DNA of 64,000 nt from positions 160,001 through 224,000 of IMG/VR virus record IMGVR_UViG_3300033498_000048. One strand, given 5' to 3'. Positions 8,299 to 18,400 of this stretch are shown piece by piece. Source of the stretch: a virus (lineage: Duplodnaviria; Caudoviricetes). Below the pieces are notes generated by a model, which saw nothing but the letters and a program-made list of their open reading frames with translations, did no database searches and was not told the origin of the DNA. Position 1 is the stretch's first letter; each line of letters opens with the position of its first letter. The translations under genes and the position numbers were made by a program.

Positions 8299-10647
8299 TT
8301 ACTTCATCAACTTGATAAACTTGTCTGTACTAATAACTTCAGTTGGTTTAATTGAAATGTTTTTTCCATCACGGTTTACTATTAATGAATGGTCTGCTGT
8401 ACAAATAATTTCAGTTCCATCTACTGTAATTTTAAACAATTCTTTTTTAACTTTGTGAGCCATAACGTATTTTATTGGATTTACAACTAATTTCCCGTTA
8501 ATATCTACTCCATACGCATTTAGATTAAATACTGGTTTAACGATATTGTCAATTTCATTTTTTACTGGAATTGTATTAATTGAATCAAATAAATTCCCTA
8601 TTTTCATATCACCACAATCCATTGAAATTACCGTATCACCAACAACGGAATCTGTATCGGAATAGATGACATAATCAACTCCATTAGTTTTAAACCTAGA
8701 ATTTAAAAACTCGTTTAATCGTTTAGCAATGTATAAGATTACAAGTTGTCCAGTTAGTGTAATACCTTCCGCCATATCATTTGAAGAATATCTGAATCCA
8801 GCGTTTCCACAAGACCCATAACACGAGTTGAGTGCTAATTTTAGGGCTATTTGCATAGCTTCGTGGAATGCCGAATCAGTATATAACTTTTCCAATTCGT
8901 TCTTCAATTCAGCATCCATTAAGTTTGCTAATTTAGTAGTACCACGTTTAGACAATTCGGTTTTAATGAGTTCTATTTTTTTATCAGCAGCTATTCGCAT
9001 CGTTTTATGCGAAACACGGTCATTAAACATTTCAGTGATAATTTCTGGAATGATACCAATTTTATCTTTTGAAAACATTGCCCCATTAGCTGCCATAGCA
9101 CAATTCAGCTTTTTTAAGTGTGCTGTATCTACATTTAAATCAATTAAATCTTCCACTAAATTTCCAGTAGCAGTCTTAACTAATGTTTCATAACTCACGT
9201 TTAACATTCGCATTATTGATGGATATAATGATGTTAAATCAAATGCGACAACCCATTTATATAAACCTGGAATTGGCTCTTTAACAAATGCTCCAGCATA
9301 TCCATCACTTGATTGTTTTTGTGGAGCGGGTGGGATTTGTATTCCTTTTTTTCTAAGTGCGTTATAAACTAAACATTCCCAGTTCTTGACTTGTCCAAAT
9401 ATTTCAGATTGTTTTACTTTACACATATACGCGATTGTTAATCCAATGAAAATGTAATTTAACTTCGCGTCCAACTTTCTAGGCAACCTAACGTCTTGGG
9501 TGTTATATTCTACAAATTTATTATAAGCATACTCTTTAATGTAATTATCAATCGTGAAATAAACATCAATCAATTCATTAGCATTTAGTTTATCCAAATC
9601 AACATTTAATATGTTAATATCAAATTTAGTTGTTTGGATGTAATCTAATTCAATTGGTAATTCTTTTCCATATTGTTGTTGGACACGTTCTTTAAATCTA
9701 CCAATTTTTAATATTTCTAAATCATTGTTTGATTTTAATGCTTTTTGGGATAGTATTCCATTATATAAATTGTGTAATGAACCAAATTCTGAATAATCAA
9801 CCTTCCGTTCTGATAATTCGACTAATGCAATATTATCTAATGAATAACTCCCAAGCTTTTGGGTACTAAACTTTTTATACATTTCGATATAGTCGTATGG
9901 AGAAATACCCAATATTTTATATCCCTTTTTTAAATTATCTAATTCAATTTCGGATATAACATTTCTAGCTTTTTTGTAAAATGGACTCAATCGGTCAGCC
10001 CACTGTTTACCCAATACTTTTTTTATTCGATTGATGATATAGGGAATATCAAATTCATTAATATTGAATCCTGTTATAATATCTGGTTCTATTTTAATCC
10101 ACTCATTAACGAATGTCATTAATAAATGCCGTTCATCGTCACATTCAATATATAATTCATCTGGATTACAATGACCAGTAAATGTTTTAGTTCCAATCGT
10201 TATATAGGTTGTATTATGTGCAAACGTTGCAAGTGTGATACTTGTTACTTCATTATCAGCAACATCTGGAGGTGAATATCCAAGTACAACATCAAATGCA
10301 ACTTCAATATCAAAGTTTAAAATGTTAATCTTTGTTATATCAAACTTTATTAAATCTGGATATTCAGTTGCAATGAATTGATGTGCTAAACTTGTTTGTC
10401 CGTGTATTTGACGATAGTTTCTGTTTTTGCGAATGTACTCATTAGTTTCTTTGACACTATTGAATCGTATGCTTGATAGTTTTTCACCCATAAATCCAAT
10501 TGCATCACCTTTACCCCTGTCACTTGGTACATATAAAACAAATGGGTAATTTTCTAATATTTCAGTCTGTCTTTTTTCTCCATCAAAAAACCTATGGAAT
10601 ATCTTATTTTCTTGCACTTCAACCGATGTGTAAAACTTTTCTGGCAT
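8299..10647 (-). CDS. gp43: DNA polymerase gp43 N-terminal piece ending in an N-intein
   Basis: Exonuclease motifs FDIEV and GFNINEFDIPY; polymerase motifs FDLTSLYPSIM, KLALNSCYG, YSDTD; then the intein N-fragment. Confidence 0.95.
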   Translation of the reverse strand: MPEKFYTSVEVQENKIFHRFFDGEKRQTEILENYPFVLYVPSDRGKGDAIGFMGEKLSSIRFNSVKETNEYIRKNRNYRQIHGQTSLAHQFIATEYPDLIKFDITKINILNFDIEVAFDVVLGYSPPDVADNEVTSITLATFAHNTTYITIGTKTFTGHCNPDELYIECDDERHLLMTFVNEWIKIEPDIITGFNINEFDIPYIINRIKKVLGKQWADRLSPFYKKARNVISEIELDNLKKGYKILGISPYDYIEMYKKFSTQKLGSYSLDNIALVELSERKVDYSEFGSLHNLYNGILSQKALKSNNDLEILKIGRFKERVQQQYGKELPIELDYIQTTKFDINILNVDLDKLNANELIDVYFTIDNYIKEYAYNKFVEYNTQDVRLPRKLDAKLNYIFIGLTIAYMCKVKQSEIFGQVKNWECLVYNALRKKGIQIPPAPQKQSSDGYAGAFVKEPIPGLYKWVVAFDLTSLYPSIMRMLNVSYETLVKTATGNLVEDLIDLNVDTAHLKKLNCAMAANGAMFSKDKIGIIPEIITEMFNDRVSHKTMRIAADKKIELIKTELSKRGTTKLANLMDAELKNELEKLYTDSAFHEAMQIALKLALNSCYGSCGNAGFRYSSNDMAEGITLTGQLVILYIAKRLNEFLNSRFKTNGVDYVIYSDTDSVVGDTVISMDCGDMKIGNLFDSINTIPVKNEIDNIVKPVFNLNAYGVDINGKLVVNPIKYVMAHKVKKELFKITVDGTEIICTADHSLIVNRDGKNISIKPTEVISTDKFIKLMK
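8302..8649 (-). mobile_element. split intein N-fragment (116 aa, Ser1) of gp43 at the YxDTD motif
   Basis: YSDTD|SVVGDTVI...IICTADHSLIV (block B TxxH). Splicing restores YSDTDSSYL. Confidence 0.95.
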
Positions 10648-10648
10648 A

Positions 10649-10963
10649 TTAAATTAACTCCATTATTATATTCTTTATTATATCACCATGACATTTAAAC
10701 GGGGCGCAACAACACTCTAACAAGATTGTAATATCTGGGTTTAACCGTATTAGGTTAATGATACGATTAATTTCAATGGATTGTTGCGATGCTTCATTTA
10801 ATAACTTTTCTTGTAACCAATACTCATATAATTCTAGGACATCTTCTCTGGTATTGTTATCGTCTATTGGATATGGATTACCCAACACAGTTGGACGCAT
10901 AATATTAATGCGTGTTCCACTGCGAACCTTAGATTTGAACTTATTGATTACAATTATATTCAA
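10649..10963 (-). CDS. DUF4326-like protein
   Basis: RPTVLGNPYPI...LECCCAPFKCHGDII. Confidence 0.8.
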   Translation of the reverse strand: MNIIVINKFKSKVRSGTRINIMRPTVLGNPYPIDDNNTREDVLELYEYWLQEKLLNEASQQSIEINRIINLIRLNPDITILLECCCAPFKCHGDIIKNIIMELI

Positions 10964-11247
10964 GTCAATATCATTCCACCATTATTTGGGACAATTAGAC
11001 CAGTTCCAAATTGTTTATTGTAATAATTTAAGATGTCTGTGATTGGAGTAAATGGACCAGCAATTATATCTTTCGATTGTATTGTTATTTCATTTTCAAT
11101 AAAAAAGTTTAATATATTAGCGAGTCCAGTTTGTTCGCCTTGTGAAACAATAGTAACTGGATTCTTAACCCTAATTGATTCTACATTAGTTTCAACTACT
11201 TCACCCATAATGACTCCGATATGGGTCATATAACATTGTACATTCAT
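10960..11247 (-). CDS. small Sm-like fold protein conserved in T4-like phages
   Basis: IMGEVVE...IRVKNPV pattern and position next to gp43. Confidence 0.55.
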   Translation of the reverse strand: MNVQCYMTHIGVIMGEVVETNVESIRVKNPVTIVSQGEQTGLANILNFFIENEITIQSKDIIAGPFTPITDILNYYNKQFGTGLIVPNNGGMILT

Positions 11248-11249
11248 TT

Positions 11250-11867
11250 TTATGCTCCTGTGTGACCTAAGCCACCTTTTCTGTTTGTTTTTAATTTCGG
11301 TCTATCTTTTAATTCTTGGAACGTGTGCTGATTATATTCTACAATTTCAGCTTGTACTAGCCTTGAATCTTGTAAAATGTGTTGTTTAACTGCTGTCGTG
11401 TTTGTAATTAATATATAAACTGGTTCAACATAGTCCTCATCAATATACCCAACACAATTCGACAAATTTATTCCATTTTTAATAGAAACACCACTTCTTG
11501 AATACAGTTTCATAACGAAACCTTGTGGAATATCAAATATTAAATTTGTTGGGATAATTGCCCTATCTCCAGGATTTAACAAGACTCCAACCATATTATT
11601 AACTTCTATGTGATGTCTAACTGACCGTTGGATTTCAACATTCATTTCATCATAAACTGTAACAGTTGGTATTCCACCAAAATCGGTATATAAATCAAAA
11701 CAACCCGATTTTAATGTTCCGTATTTTGGAATTTTAGCACTATCACTAACTTTAAACACACCAACACCCTTTGGTACTGGACAGGTGTTTGTGTTGGGTT
11801 CAAATAATAGTTCCCCCAAATCGGTTACTTCTGGTTGAGTTGTTTTGCCTTTTTTAACTTCTGTCAT
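11250..11867 (-). CDS. dut: trimeric dUTPase
   Basis: SGCFDL, YSRSG, GYIDEDY, RLVQAEI, RKGGLGHTG. Confidence 0.92.
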   Translation of the reverse strand: MTEVKKGKTTQPEVTDLGELLFEPNTNTCPVPKGVGVFKVSDSAKIPKYGTLKSGCFDLYTDFGGIPTVTVYDEMNVEIQRSVRHHIEVNNMVGVLLNPGDRAIIPTNLIFDIPQGFVMKLYSRSGVSIKNGINLSNCVGYIDEDYVEPVYILITNTTAVKQHILQDSRLVQAEIVEYNQHTFQELKDRPKLKTNRKGGLGHTGA

Positions 11868-12327
11868 GTCTTTCTCCTACGGTATATTTTGACATTAATT
11901 TCCATTGTGATTTCTCACTATATGATAAAACGCACAATTTAATTTTGTTTGTGTTGTTTTTTAATACACTCAATGGAGTAATCAATTTCCATTGCATTAA
12001 TAACTTTGATATGTTTTTTAATCTATCAATATCATCGTGTGAAACGATGGTTTTAGATGTTTTTCCATCCAATAGAAACAGGTGTTTGAAGTGTACAATA
12101 AAGTATCTTCCTTGTTTATGTAAAAGGTGACAAGATTGCCACAATATTGGAACACCATTTACATCTTGATAATATGATACAACTCCCATCCTTGTAAGTG
12201 TTTCACACACTTTTAGGAAATCGTCCGTACTTAATGGTGCTACTTCAATAGCAGTTCTTAAGATATTCAAATCATTATTGGTTATCACAATTTCTCCATT
12301 ATTTAATTTTTTTATTAACTTTGCCAC
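11854..12327 (-). CDS. regA: RegA translational repressor
   Basis: CETLTRMGV, QSCHLLHKQGRYFIVHFKHLFLLDGK. Confidence 0.95.
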   Translation of the reverse strand: MAKLIKKLNNGEIVITNNDLNILRTAIEVAPLSTDDFLKVCETLTRMGVVSYYQDVNGVPILWQSCHLLHKQGRYFIVHFKHLFLLDGKTSKTIVSHDDIDRLKNISKLLMQWKLITPLSVLKNNTNKIKLCVLSYSEKSQWKLMSKYTVGERHDRS

Positions 12328-12715
12328 CCTCTAACAATAATGAGTCCAAATAGGACTCATGTTGTTTTAATATTGGCACAACTTCTTTTGCTTTAGTGTA
12401 TGAATAACCATACACTCGCTGTATTTTATCAATTAATACTGTATCGTCAATATTTTTATTCCACTTGGAATACCGTTTTCGTTTTGGTATAACATGGAAT
12501 AAAAATGTGTATTGCATTTGAATGTCCATTTCAAATCTGATATTCAATTCATTCACAAGTAAAGCCGTATCTCGATATTGAGATAGTGCTTTATTAATCA
12601 TAAATGGATTATACTCAGCAGTTAATTGTTCTTCAATTAATTCTGTTTTTCCATTTGTGATATTGTTCACAATATCAAATAAACCTAAAGATGGTTGGTT
12701 GTCCAATGTACTCAT
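12299..12715 (-). CDS. gp62: clamp loader small subunit
   Basis: YNPFMINKALSQ...KRKRYSKW...YGYS; synteny. Confidence 0.9.
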   Translation of the reverse strand: MSTLDNQPSLGLFDIVNNITNGKTELIEEQLTAEYNPFMINKALSQYRDTALLVNELNIRFEMDIQMQYTFLFHVIPKRKRYSKWNKNIDDTVLIDKIQRVYGYSYTKAKEVVPILKQHESYLDSLLLEGGKVNKKIK

Positions 12716-14106
12716 TTGAACTCCAAATCCCGCATTAACTCGGTTAGCATTGCAACTATATTCAATTCTTTATCGGAAACAAAGTTTGACTTATAATCAT
12801 AATCTGATAACGTTAGTACCAATTGTGGTAACGAACTTGGAATAACATAATCTGGGGCTTTAAGATAAATTGCTCTTGATAATGTCATTTGGGAATTGTC
12901 TAAATTACTAACAACCCATTTTCTAACCTCGTTCCATTTACTGGGGTCTCTTAAATATGTAAACAACTCATCAATATTAGCATCTGATAAACTTGTTAAT
13001 ACGAGTTCGTCCAACCTGTTATTGACCATTGATAATTGTTGTAACGTTGTTGTGATTTTTCGCATATCTGGAAAATGCGTTGTTATTACCTTCGCAACAA
13101 CATTCCTATCATATTCAACTCCCTCATGGTCTAATATTTCTAGCATTCTTTTTTCAAGTGGGAGTATCACTTCCATTTTTTCAGCTTTAGTAAGTGCAAA
13201 GTCAACAACTGCACACCTACTTTTTAATGGACCCATAATTCTATTGCTAAAATTGGCAGTCAATATAAACCTACAGTTTGCACTATAGGTTTCCATAAAG
13301 TTTCTTAATGCAGGTTGTGTGCTATTACAATTGTGAGCTACTACACCATTTTCCAAAATGAAATTGTGATTATCATCATTAGTAGTCAAATCATAAACTG
13401 GTAACATTCCCAATGATTCCATCGACACAATGGTTTTTGTTTTTCCATTGGAATCAACAAGCTTATCACCAATTTTGATACCATCCTTTTTTTCTGATAC
13501 TCCACAATATCCATTTATTGATTCAATGGTGTAAAAAGGATGGTCTTTTGTGCAATACATTCTTGAATAATCATCAAATTGTACAATGTACACTTCGCCT
13601 ATTCCCGACTTGAATACGAATGCTTCTGCTGTGTATTGTTCACCTGTTGTTGTGTTATATGATAATATATTAACTGTTTTATCATAAATTGAATCAAATG
13701 ACTTTAATTCTGGAACACCATCTATATTCACAGTGTAAATATGTTGGTTTCCAGCAAAACAATTTAAATAATCGGCTTCATCTAATAATACTACTTTATA
13801 TCCACCTCTATTCTTCATACTAACGGTGCTAGCATAACGTTCAATCGTAGTTCGGAGCGTATCAATGTTCCCATCTTTCGAGGCATTGATTTCCAGTAAG
13901 TCAATGCCCATATCACTACACAACGCTCTTGGAATTGTGGTTTTTCCAACACCCTGATAACCAGTGAACAACATATTTGTTATTTGTCCACTGTCAATAA
14001 TAGCTTGAAAATAGTTTTTTAATCTCGATGGTAAAATAACATTAGCCATCGTTCTTGGACGAAACTTCTCAGCCCAAAGTGGTTGATTCGGAGTAATATC
14101 CAACAT
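12712..14106 (-). CDS. gp44: clamp loader large subunit with a cis mini-intein
   Basis: LWAEKFRP, GYQGVGKTT, LLDEADYL, SRC. Confidence 0.95.
   Translation of the reverse strand: MLDITPNQPLWAEKFRPRTMANVILPSRLKNYFQAIIDSGQITNMLFTGYQGVGKTTIPRALCSDMGIDLLEINASKDGNIDTLRTTIERYASTVSMKNRGGYKVVLLDEADYLNCFAGNQHIYTVNIDGVPELKSFDSIYDKTVNILSYNTTTGEQYTAEAFVFKSGIGEVYIVQFDDYSRMYCTKDHPFYTIESINGYCGVSEKKDGIKIGDKLVDSNGKTKTIVSMESLGMLPVYDLTTNDDNHNFILENGVVAHNCNSTQPALRNFMETYSANCRFILTANFSNRIMGPLKSRCAVVDFALTKAEKMEVILPLEKRMLEILDHEGVEYDRNVVAKVITTHFPDMRKITTTLQQLSMVNNRLDELVLTSLSDANIDELFTYLRDPSKWNEVRKWVVSNLDNSQMTLSRAIYLKAPDYVIPSSLPQLVLTLSDYDYKSNFVSDKELNIVAMLTELMRDLEFK
13330..13761 (-). mobile_element. mini-intein (144 aa) in gp44
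   Basis: DEADYLN|CFAGNQ...CTKDHPF...VYDLT...ENGVVAHN|CNSTQPALR. Confidence 0.95.
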
Positions 14107-14121
14107 TATATAACCTCAATA

Positions 14122-14775
14122 TTAAGATTCTAGTGAAATGAAATATTCAAGATGTCCAGATTCAGATACAAATCTTGACATATCCCCAACATCCACAATA
14201 TAGTTTTGTGGAATTAATTTTAAGTATTGAATTGCAAGTTCAAATGAAAACTCACCTTGCATCTTTTTATTAAAATCAATTTCAATTAATAATTGATTTC
14301 CACTTGGATCCAACTTATTAAACACTTTTAATCCATCATTAGTGATTGCTAGGTGGGATAATGATAGGATGCTTGATGTCTTTAATATCTGTTCTAACAC
14401 TTCTTTTGTTAGTAAAAATGACACACTTTTTTGTTCTTCAGTCATTTCAATATCAACTGTCCACCCAGAGTTGAGTATTAAATTTTGAGGACTTGGAACA
14501 TACTTAACAGTATTTTTACCCTCAGAAATATTAAACGGAATATGTGACTCTGTGAATGTTATTTCTGGGTCATTAAAAGTGCTTAACGTATTCAACAGCT
14601 CAGATAATTCAAAGATGTTGAAGTCTACTGGAAAGGTTTCCTCGATATACGCTGTAACATATATGTGGTCTAATACTGACATTGTTTTTATCACATTTCC
14701 AGATTTGAATACGATTCCTGGATTTATGGTATTAAGATTTTTTAATATATCTCGTGTTGCTTTGCTCAATTTCAT
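14122..14775 (-). CDS. gp45: sliding clamp
   Basis: MKLSKATRDILKNLNTINPGI...FNIFELSELL; synteny. Confidence 0.92.
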   Translation of the reverse strand: MKLSKATRDILKNLNTINPGIVFKSGNVIKTMSVLDHIYVTAYIEETFPVDFNIFELSELLNTLSTFNDPEITFTESHIPFNISEGKNTVKYVPSPQNLILNSGWTVDIEMTEEQKSVSFLLTKEVLEQILKTSSILSLSHLAITNDGLKVFNKLDPSGNQLLIEIDFNKKMQGEFSFELAIQYLKLIPQNYIVDVGDMSRFVSESGHLEYFISLES

Positions 14776-14797
14776 TGTTTATTTCCTGTGTTAATTG

Positions 14798-16528
14798 TTA
14801 AATTGTATTTCCTTCAATCATTTTAGAATACCCATTTTCTTTTCCGAATGCTATTGTTGATTTGAACATATCGACCCATCTATCTGGTGAGTGACTAATA
14901 ACAAACACATTGATATTGTTTAATGAATTTAATAAATCAATTAAGGAACTTGTTCCATCTTCATCTAAACTACCGTCCAATATTTCATCAAAAAACAAAA
15001 CATTGCACGACATATTATTTTGCAATTTGGCAATATCTAACCACGTCATTAATATTGCTAAATCTATTCTAAACTTTTCACCTTCACTAAAATTGAAATA
15101 ACTAATTTCATCCATTCCCCTAGCCAAAATTTGTTCATTAAAGTTTTCATCTAATACAAATGTTGCAAAAAAACCCAAGGTCTTTAAATGTGAGTTTATA
15201 ATCGAATTGATTACTGGAATAAACTCTTTAATAATTGTTCGTTTTATTCCAGTATCTTTTAAAATTAAACTAGACACATCATATTGTACCGATAAATTAT
15301 CAAATTCTGATTTCTTAGCATTTAAGTTATTATATTCACAATTCAGTTTTTGTAAAGTGTTATATTCATCATCAAGATTAGTTAATTCTGGACGTGAATT
15401 TTTCTTCAAATTCATAAGCTTTTTTATTGCCTGTTCTTTCTCAGAAATTTGAAATTTAGCTTTATCTATTTTGTTTTTAATATCTTCATTTGTCAATAAT
15501 TTATTATTGATGTCTGTTAAATATGCACTTAGTCCAGTACTTTTTTCAGTCAATTCAGTTAAAGTATTATGTAATTGATTTATCTTTAAATTCAACCCTT
15601 CAACTTTATTGTACTTCGTTTCATCTGTAATGTCCTGTGAACAAGTTGGACAAATATTATTGGAATTAAAAAATGCAATATCAGATTTAACTGTTCGAGT
15701 TTTCTCTTCCAATTTAAACTTATATTCTCCAAGTGTTGATAGCTTGGATTTTGCTTTATTTAATTCGGTAATATCTACAGATATAAGCTGGTCAATCAAT
15801 ACACCAATATTAGACCTCATGTTATGTAGTTCTGATTCCATATCCTTAATATCTGTTTCAATCTTTTGAAAATGATTCTTACTTTTAGATTCATTTTCTT
15901 TTTCCATTTTTGATATATGGGATTCCATCAATGAAATTTTTTCTTTAAGTATTAAAATTTCATTTTTTAATTGATGTGATGATTCTTTTAATATAGATAC
16001 ATTATTTCTATGGACATCATTCATTAATCCAAATATATGTAATTGGAGCATATCCTCAATAAACTTTCTACGGTCATCTGTTTTTAACTGCATGAATGAA
16101 ACATATGTTGCTTTACCTAAAACTACAATTTGAGTAAAGGCATTGTAATTGAAATGCAAAATATCAGATTCCAATATTGTTTGGTAATCTCGTACAGTGG
16201 ATGATTGGTCTAATAACACACCATCTTTCCATATTTCAAAAACTTGTGGACAACCACCTCTAACAACTTTAAAGTTTACACCTTGTGTTTCAAATTCTAT
16301 TTCACAAAGTAAGCCTTTTTTATTTTTATAATTGATAATTCCAGTTTTGTTAATTTTTCTGAAAGGTTTTCCAAACAATGAATATGTCATAGCATCCAAC
16401 ATTGTTGACTTCCCACCACCATTTTTACCTTGGATTAAGGTTGTTTTATGGCGATTTAGTTCAATGTACGTCCAATCATCCCCAAAACTTAAAATGTTTT
16501 TATATCTAAGATTTTTAAAAATAATCAC
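14798..16528 (-). CDS. gp46: recombination ATPase (SbcC/Rad50-like)
   Basis: GKNGGGKST, CPTC hook, FSEGEKFRIDLA, FFDEILD, SH. Confidence 0.95.
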   Translation of the reverse strand: MIIFKNLRYKNILSFGDDWTYIELNRHKTTLIQGKNGGGKSTMLDAMTYSLFGKPFRKINKTGIINYKNKKGLLCEIEFETQGVNFKVVRGGCPQVFEIWKDGVLLDQSSTVRDYQTILESDILHFNYNAFTQIVVLGKATYVSFMQLKTDDRRKFIEDMLQLHIFGLMNDVHRNNVSILKESSHQLKNEILILKEKISLMESHISKMEKENESKSKNHFQKIETDIKDMESELHNMRSNIGVLIDQLISVDITELNKAKSKLSTLGEYKFKLEEKTRTVKSDIAFFNSNNICPTCSQDITDETKYNKVEGLNLKINQLHNTLTELTEKSTGLSAYLTDINNKLLTNEDIKNKIDKAKFQISEKEQAIKKLMNLKKNSRPELTNLDDEYNTLQKLNCEYNNLNAKKSEFDNLSVQYDVSSLILKDTGIKRTIIKEFIPVINSIINSHLKTLGFFATFVLDENFNEQILARGMDEISYFNFSEGEKFRIDLAILMTWLDIAKLQNNMSCNVLFFDEILDGSLDEDGTSSLIDLLNSLNNINVFVISHSPDRWVDMFKSTIAFGKENGYSKMIEGNTI

Positions 16529-17598
16529 ATATCTCTCCTTGAATTATTAACTGCTTCGGTATAAATGTCAGAAAAATACAATGACAGTTTGTCCTTATTA
16601 ATGTTCACACTATCTACATTATTAATAAATTGATTTATTTTATCAATAGTTGATACTGGTTGTGGAATCACATCAACGTTTGTAGTGCCAATTAATTCTT
16701 TTACTTGTTCGCGTTCTTGTATATCAACACTATATGACACACTTGTTATTTTGTCAACAAACAAGTCCAATAGCTTCCTGTTCACAGAACTTAATGAGTT
16801 TATCATTATCTTAACTACTTTATTGTTAAATTGCTCATAATCATATCCAACAATATCAATCGAATCATTAAAATCAACAATCTCATAAACATTAATTGTA
16901 TTTTCTATAAGTTCTAATTTCATGTTCTTGGTATCTAAGATTGTAAAACCTTTTTTAACTTTGTAATCGCCCCAATTAGTTTGATTGGTATTACCAATGT
17001 ATGTGATTATTCCATTTGTAGATGGAATATGAAAATGTCCACTTAAAACCATATTAAATCTATTAAAAATTGAAGGGTCAAGTCCACTGTTACTTGGTTG
17101 TCCCCTACTAACCTCAAATGATTTAATTTCAAAGTGTCCACCAATAACATCAGCTTCAACTTTGTTTAACCAATCTATACTATCTTCATAATTACCTGAA
17201 TGAATCCAACCAATTAAACCAATTTTAATTCCATCATATTCAAACACCTTATGGTTATTAACAATTTCAATGTTTGAATATGAACCTAACAACAAATCAA
17301 TGCTATTAATCGAGCTGGTGTTTCTATAAAAAATATCGTGATTCCCGTAAATCACCTTGACATCCAACTTCAATTCGAGCATTCTATCTAAGAAGTGTTT
17401 TTTTGTATGGTGTAATATGTAAAAGTTAATATCCTTTCTACGTTCAAATATATCACCAAGCATAATAACTTTTTTTATTTTATTTTTTATAATGTATGGA
17501 AAAAACACTTTATCAAAAAACTCAACCAAGTTATTCATGTAATATGGACTATTAGACCTTGCTCCCCAATGAATATCAGTTATAAATGCAACTTTCAA
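16525..17598 (-). CDS. gp47: recombination nuclease (SbcD/Mre11-like)
   Basis: TDIHWGAR, LGDIF, GNHD, GHFE, SGHFH. Confidence 0.95.
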   Translation of the reverse strand: MKVAFITDIHWGARSNSPYYMNNLVEFFDKVFFPYIIKNKIKKVIMLGDIFERRKDINFYILHHTKKHFLDRMLELKLDVKVIYGNHDIFYRNTSSINSIDLLLGSYSNIEIVNNHKVFEYDGIKIGLIGWIHSGNYEDSIDWLNKVEADVIGGHFEIKSFEVSRGQPSNSGLDPSIFNRFNMVLSGHFHIPSTNGIITYIGNTNQTNWGDYKVKKGFTILDTKNMKLELIENTINVYEIVDFNDSIDIVGYDYEQFNNKVVKIMINSLSSVNRKLLDLFVDKITSVSYSVDIQEREQVKELIGTTNVDVIPQPVSTIDKINQFINNVDSVNINKDKLSLYFSDIYTEAVNNSRRDM

Positions 17599-17599
17599 A

Positions 17600-17791
17600 T
17601 CATACCTCCTTTTCGATTAACATTTCGTACATCTTTTTAACACAATCAAAACACAAATGTATATGTGAACTTTGTCCTCTGATTGTGTACCAACTTACCA
17701 TTTCTTTACCTCTTTCAATTTTAGTATCACATCCCCGACAAATCGCAACACGTTCAGCTTTTCTAATTTCGATTCCATTATATCCAGGCAT
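17600..17791 (-). CDS. small zinc-finger-like protein
   Basis: ICRGC...HLCFDC. Confidence 0.55.
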   Translation of the reverse strand: MPGYNGIEIRKAERVAICRGCDTKIERGKEMVSWYTIRGQSSHIHLCFDCVKKMYEMLIEKEV

Positions 17792-17794
17792 ATA

Positions 17795-18265
17795 TTAATA
17801 CTCTTGGTTGTACCATAAAAACGCATTATCCCGATTCAAATCACAAGTATCAGATTCTTGCAATTCATACATTTCGTGTTCTAATGCAAACATTTTAGAT
17901 TCCTTAGCTGCAAATGTTTTCTTTTCCCGTTCTATTCTACGCAAAAAAGCCCTCCATATAACCATCGTAAAGTAGCTAAACGGTTGTGAACTTTTTAATG
18001 GGTCAAATGAATCAATTGCTTCAATTGCATTTACTATTCCATCTCCAACCATATCTTCTTTATAGGTATAATTGACAAAATTATATTTGTTACTTAAATT
18101 CGTTGCTATTTTAATAAATATAGCTCCAATTTTTTCTGGAACTCTAGGTTTTTTTAAATCATTATTTTTAGCATATTCCCTAGCGGAAACATATTCTTTT
18201 AATAATTCCAAAAAATCCTTATTGTTCACATAATTAATGGGTTCCCTCTTCATTGTTATTTCCAT
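17795..18265 (-). CDS. gp55: late-transcription sigma factor
   Basis: NYVNNKDFL, IATNLS, NYTYKEDMVGDGI, PFSYFT, AFLRRI. Confidence 0.95.
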   Translation of the reverse strand: MEITMKREPINYVNNKDFLELLKEYVSAREYAKNNDLKKPRVPEKIGAIFIKIATNLSNKYNFVNYTYKEDMVGDGIVNAIEAIDSFDPLKSSQPFSYFTMVIWRAFLRRIEREKKTFAAKESKMFALEHEMYELQESDTCDLNRDNAFLWYNQEY

Positions 18266-18333
18266 ATCCTAAATTAAAACTTTAAAGTAAAACTTACATA
18301 TTACTCCACCATCATGTGTTACCACATCTTTTG

Positions 18334-18362
18334 ATTATATAATGACATCGTTAAACTGTCAA
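18334..18362 (-). promoter_or_regulatory. sigma70-type promoter driving the replication operon
   Basis: TTGACA-N17-TATAAT perfect match on the minus strand. Confidence 0.8.
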
Positions 18363-18400
18363 TTTAACTAAATATGTAATTTATAAAGGTTGATTACAAA

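Noticed and set aside
6141-10647. Fragmented gp43 and gp17 as assembly errors or pseudogenes
   Set aside because: Every break falls exactly at intein block A or G boundaries, and rejoining restores the catalytic motifs.
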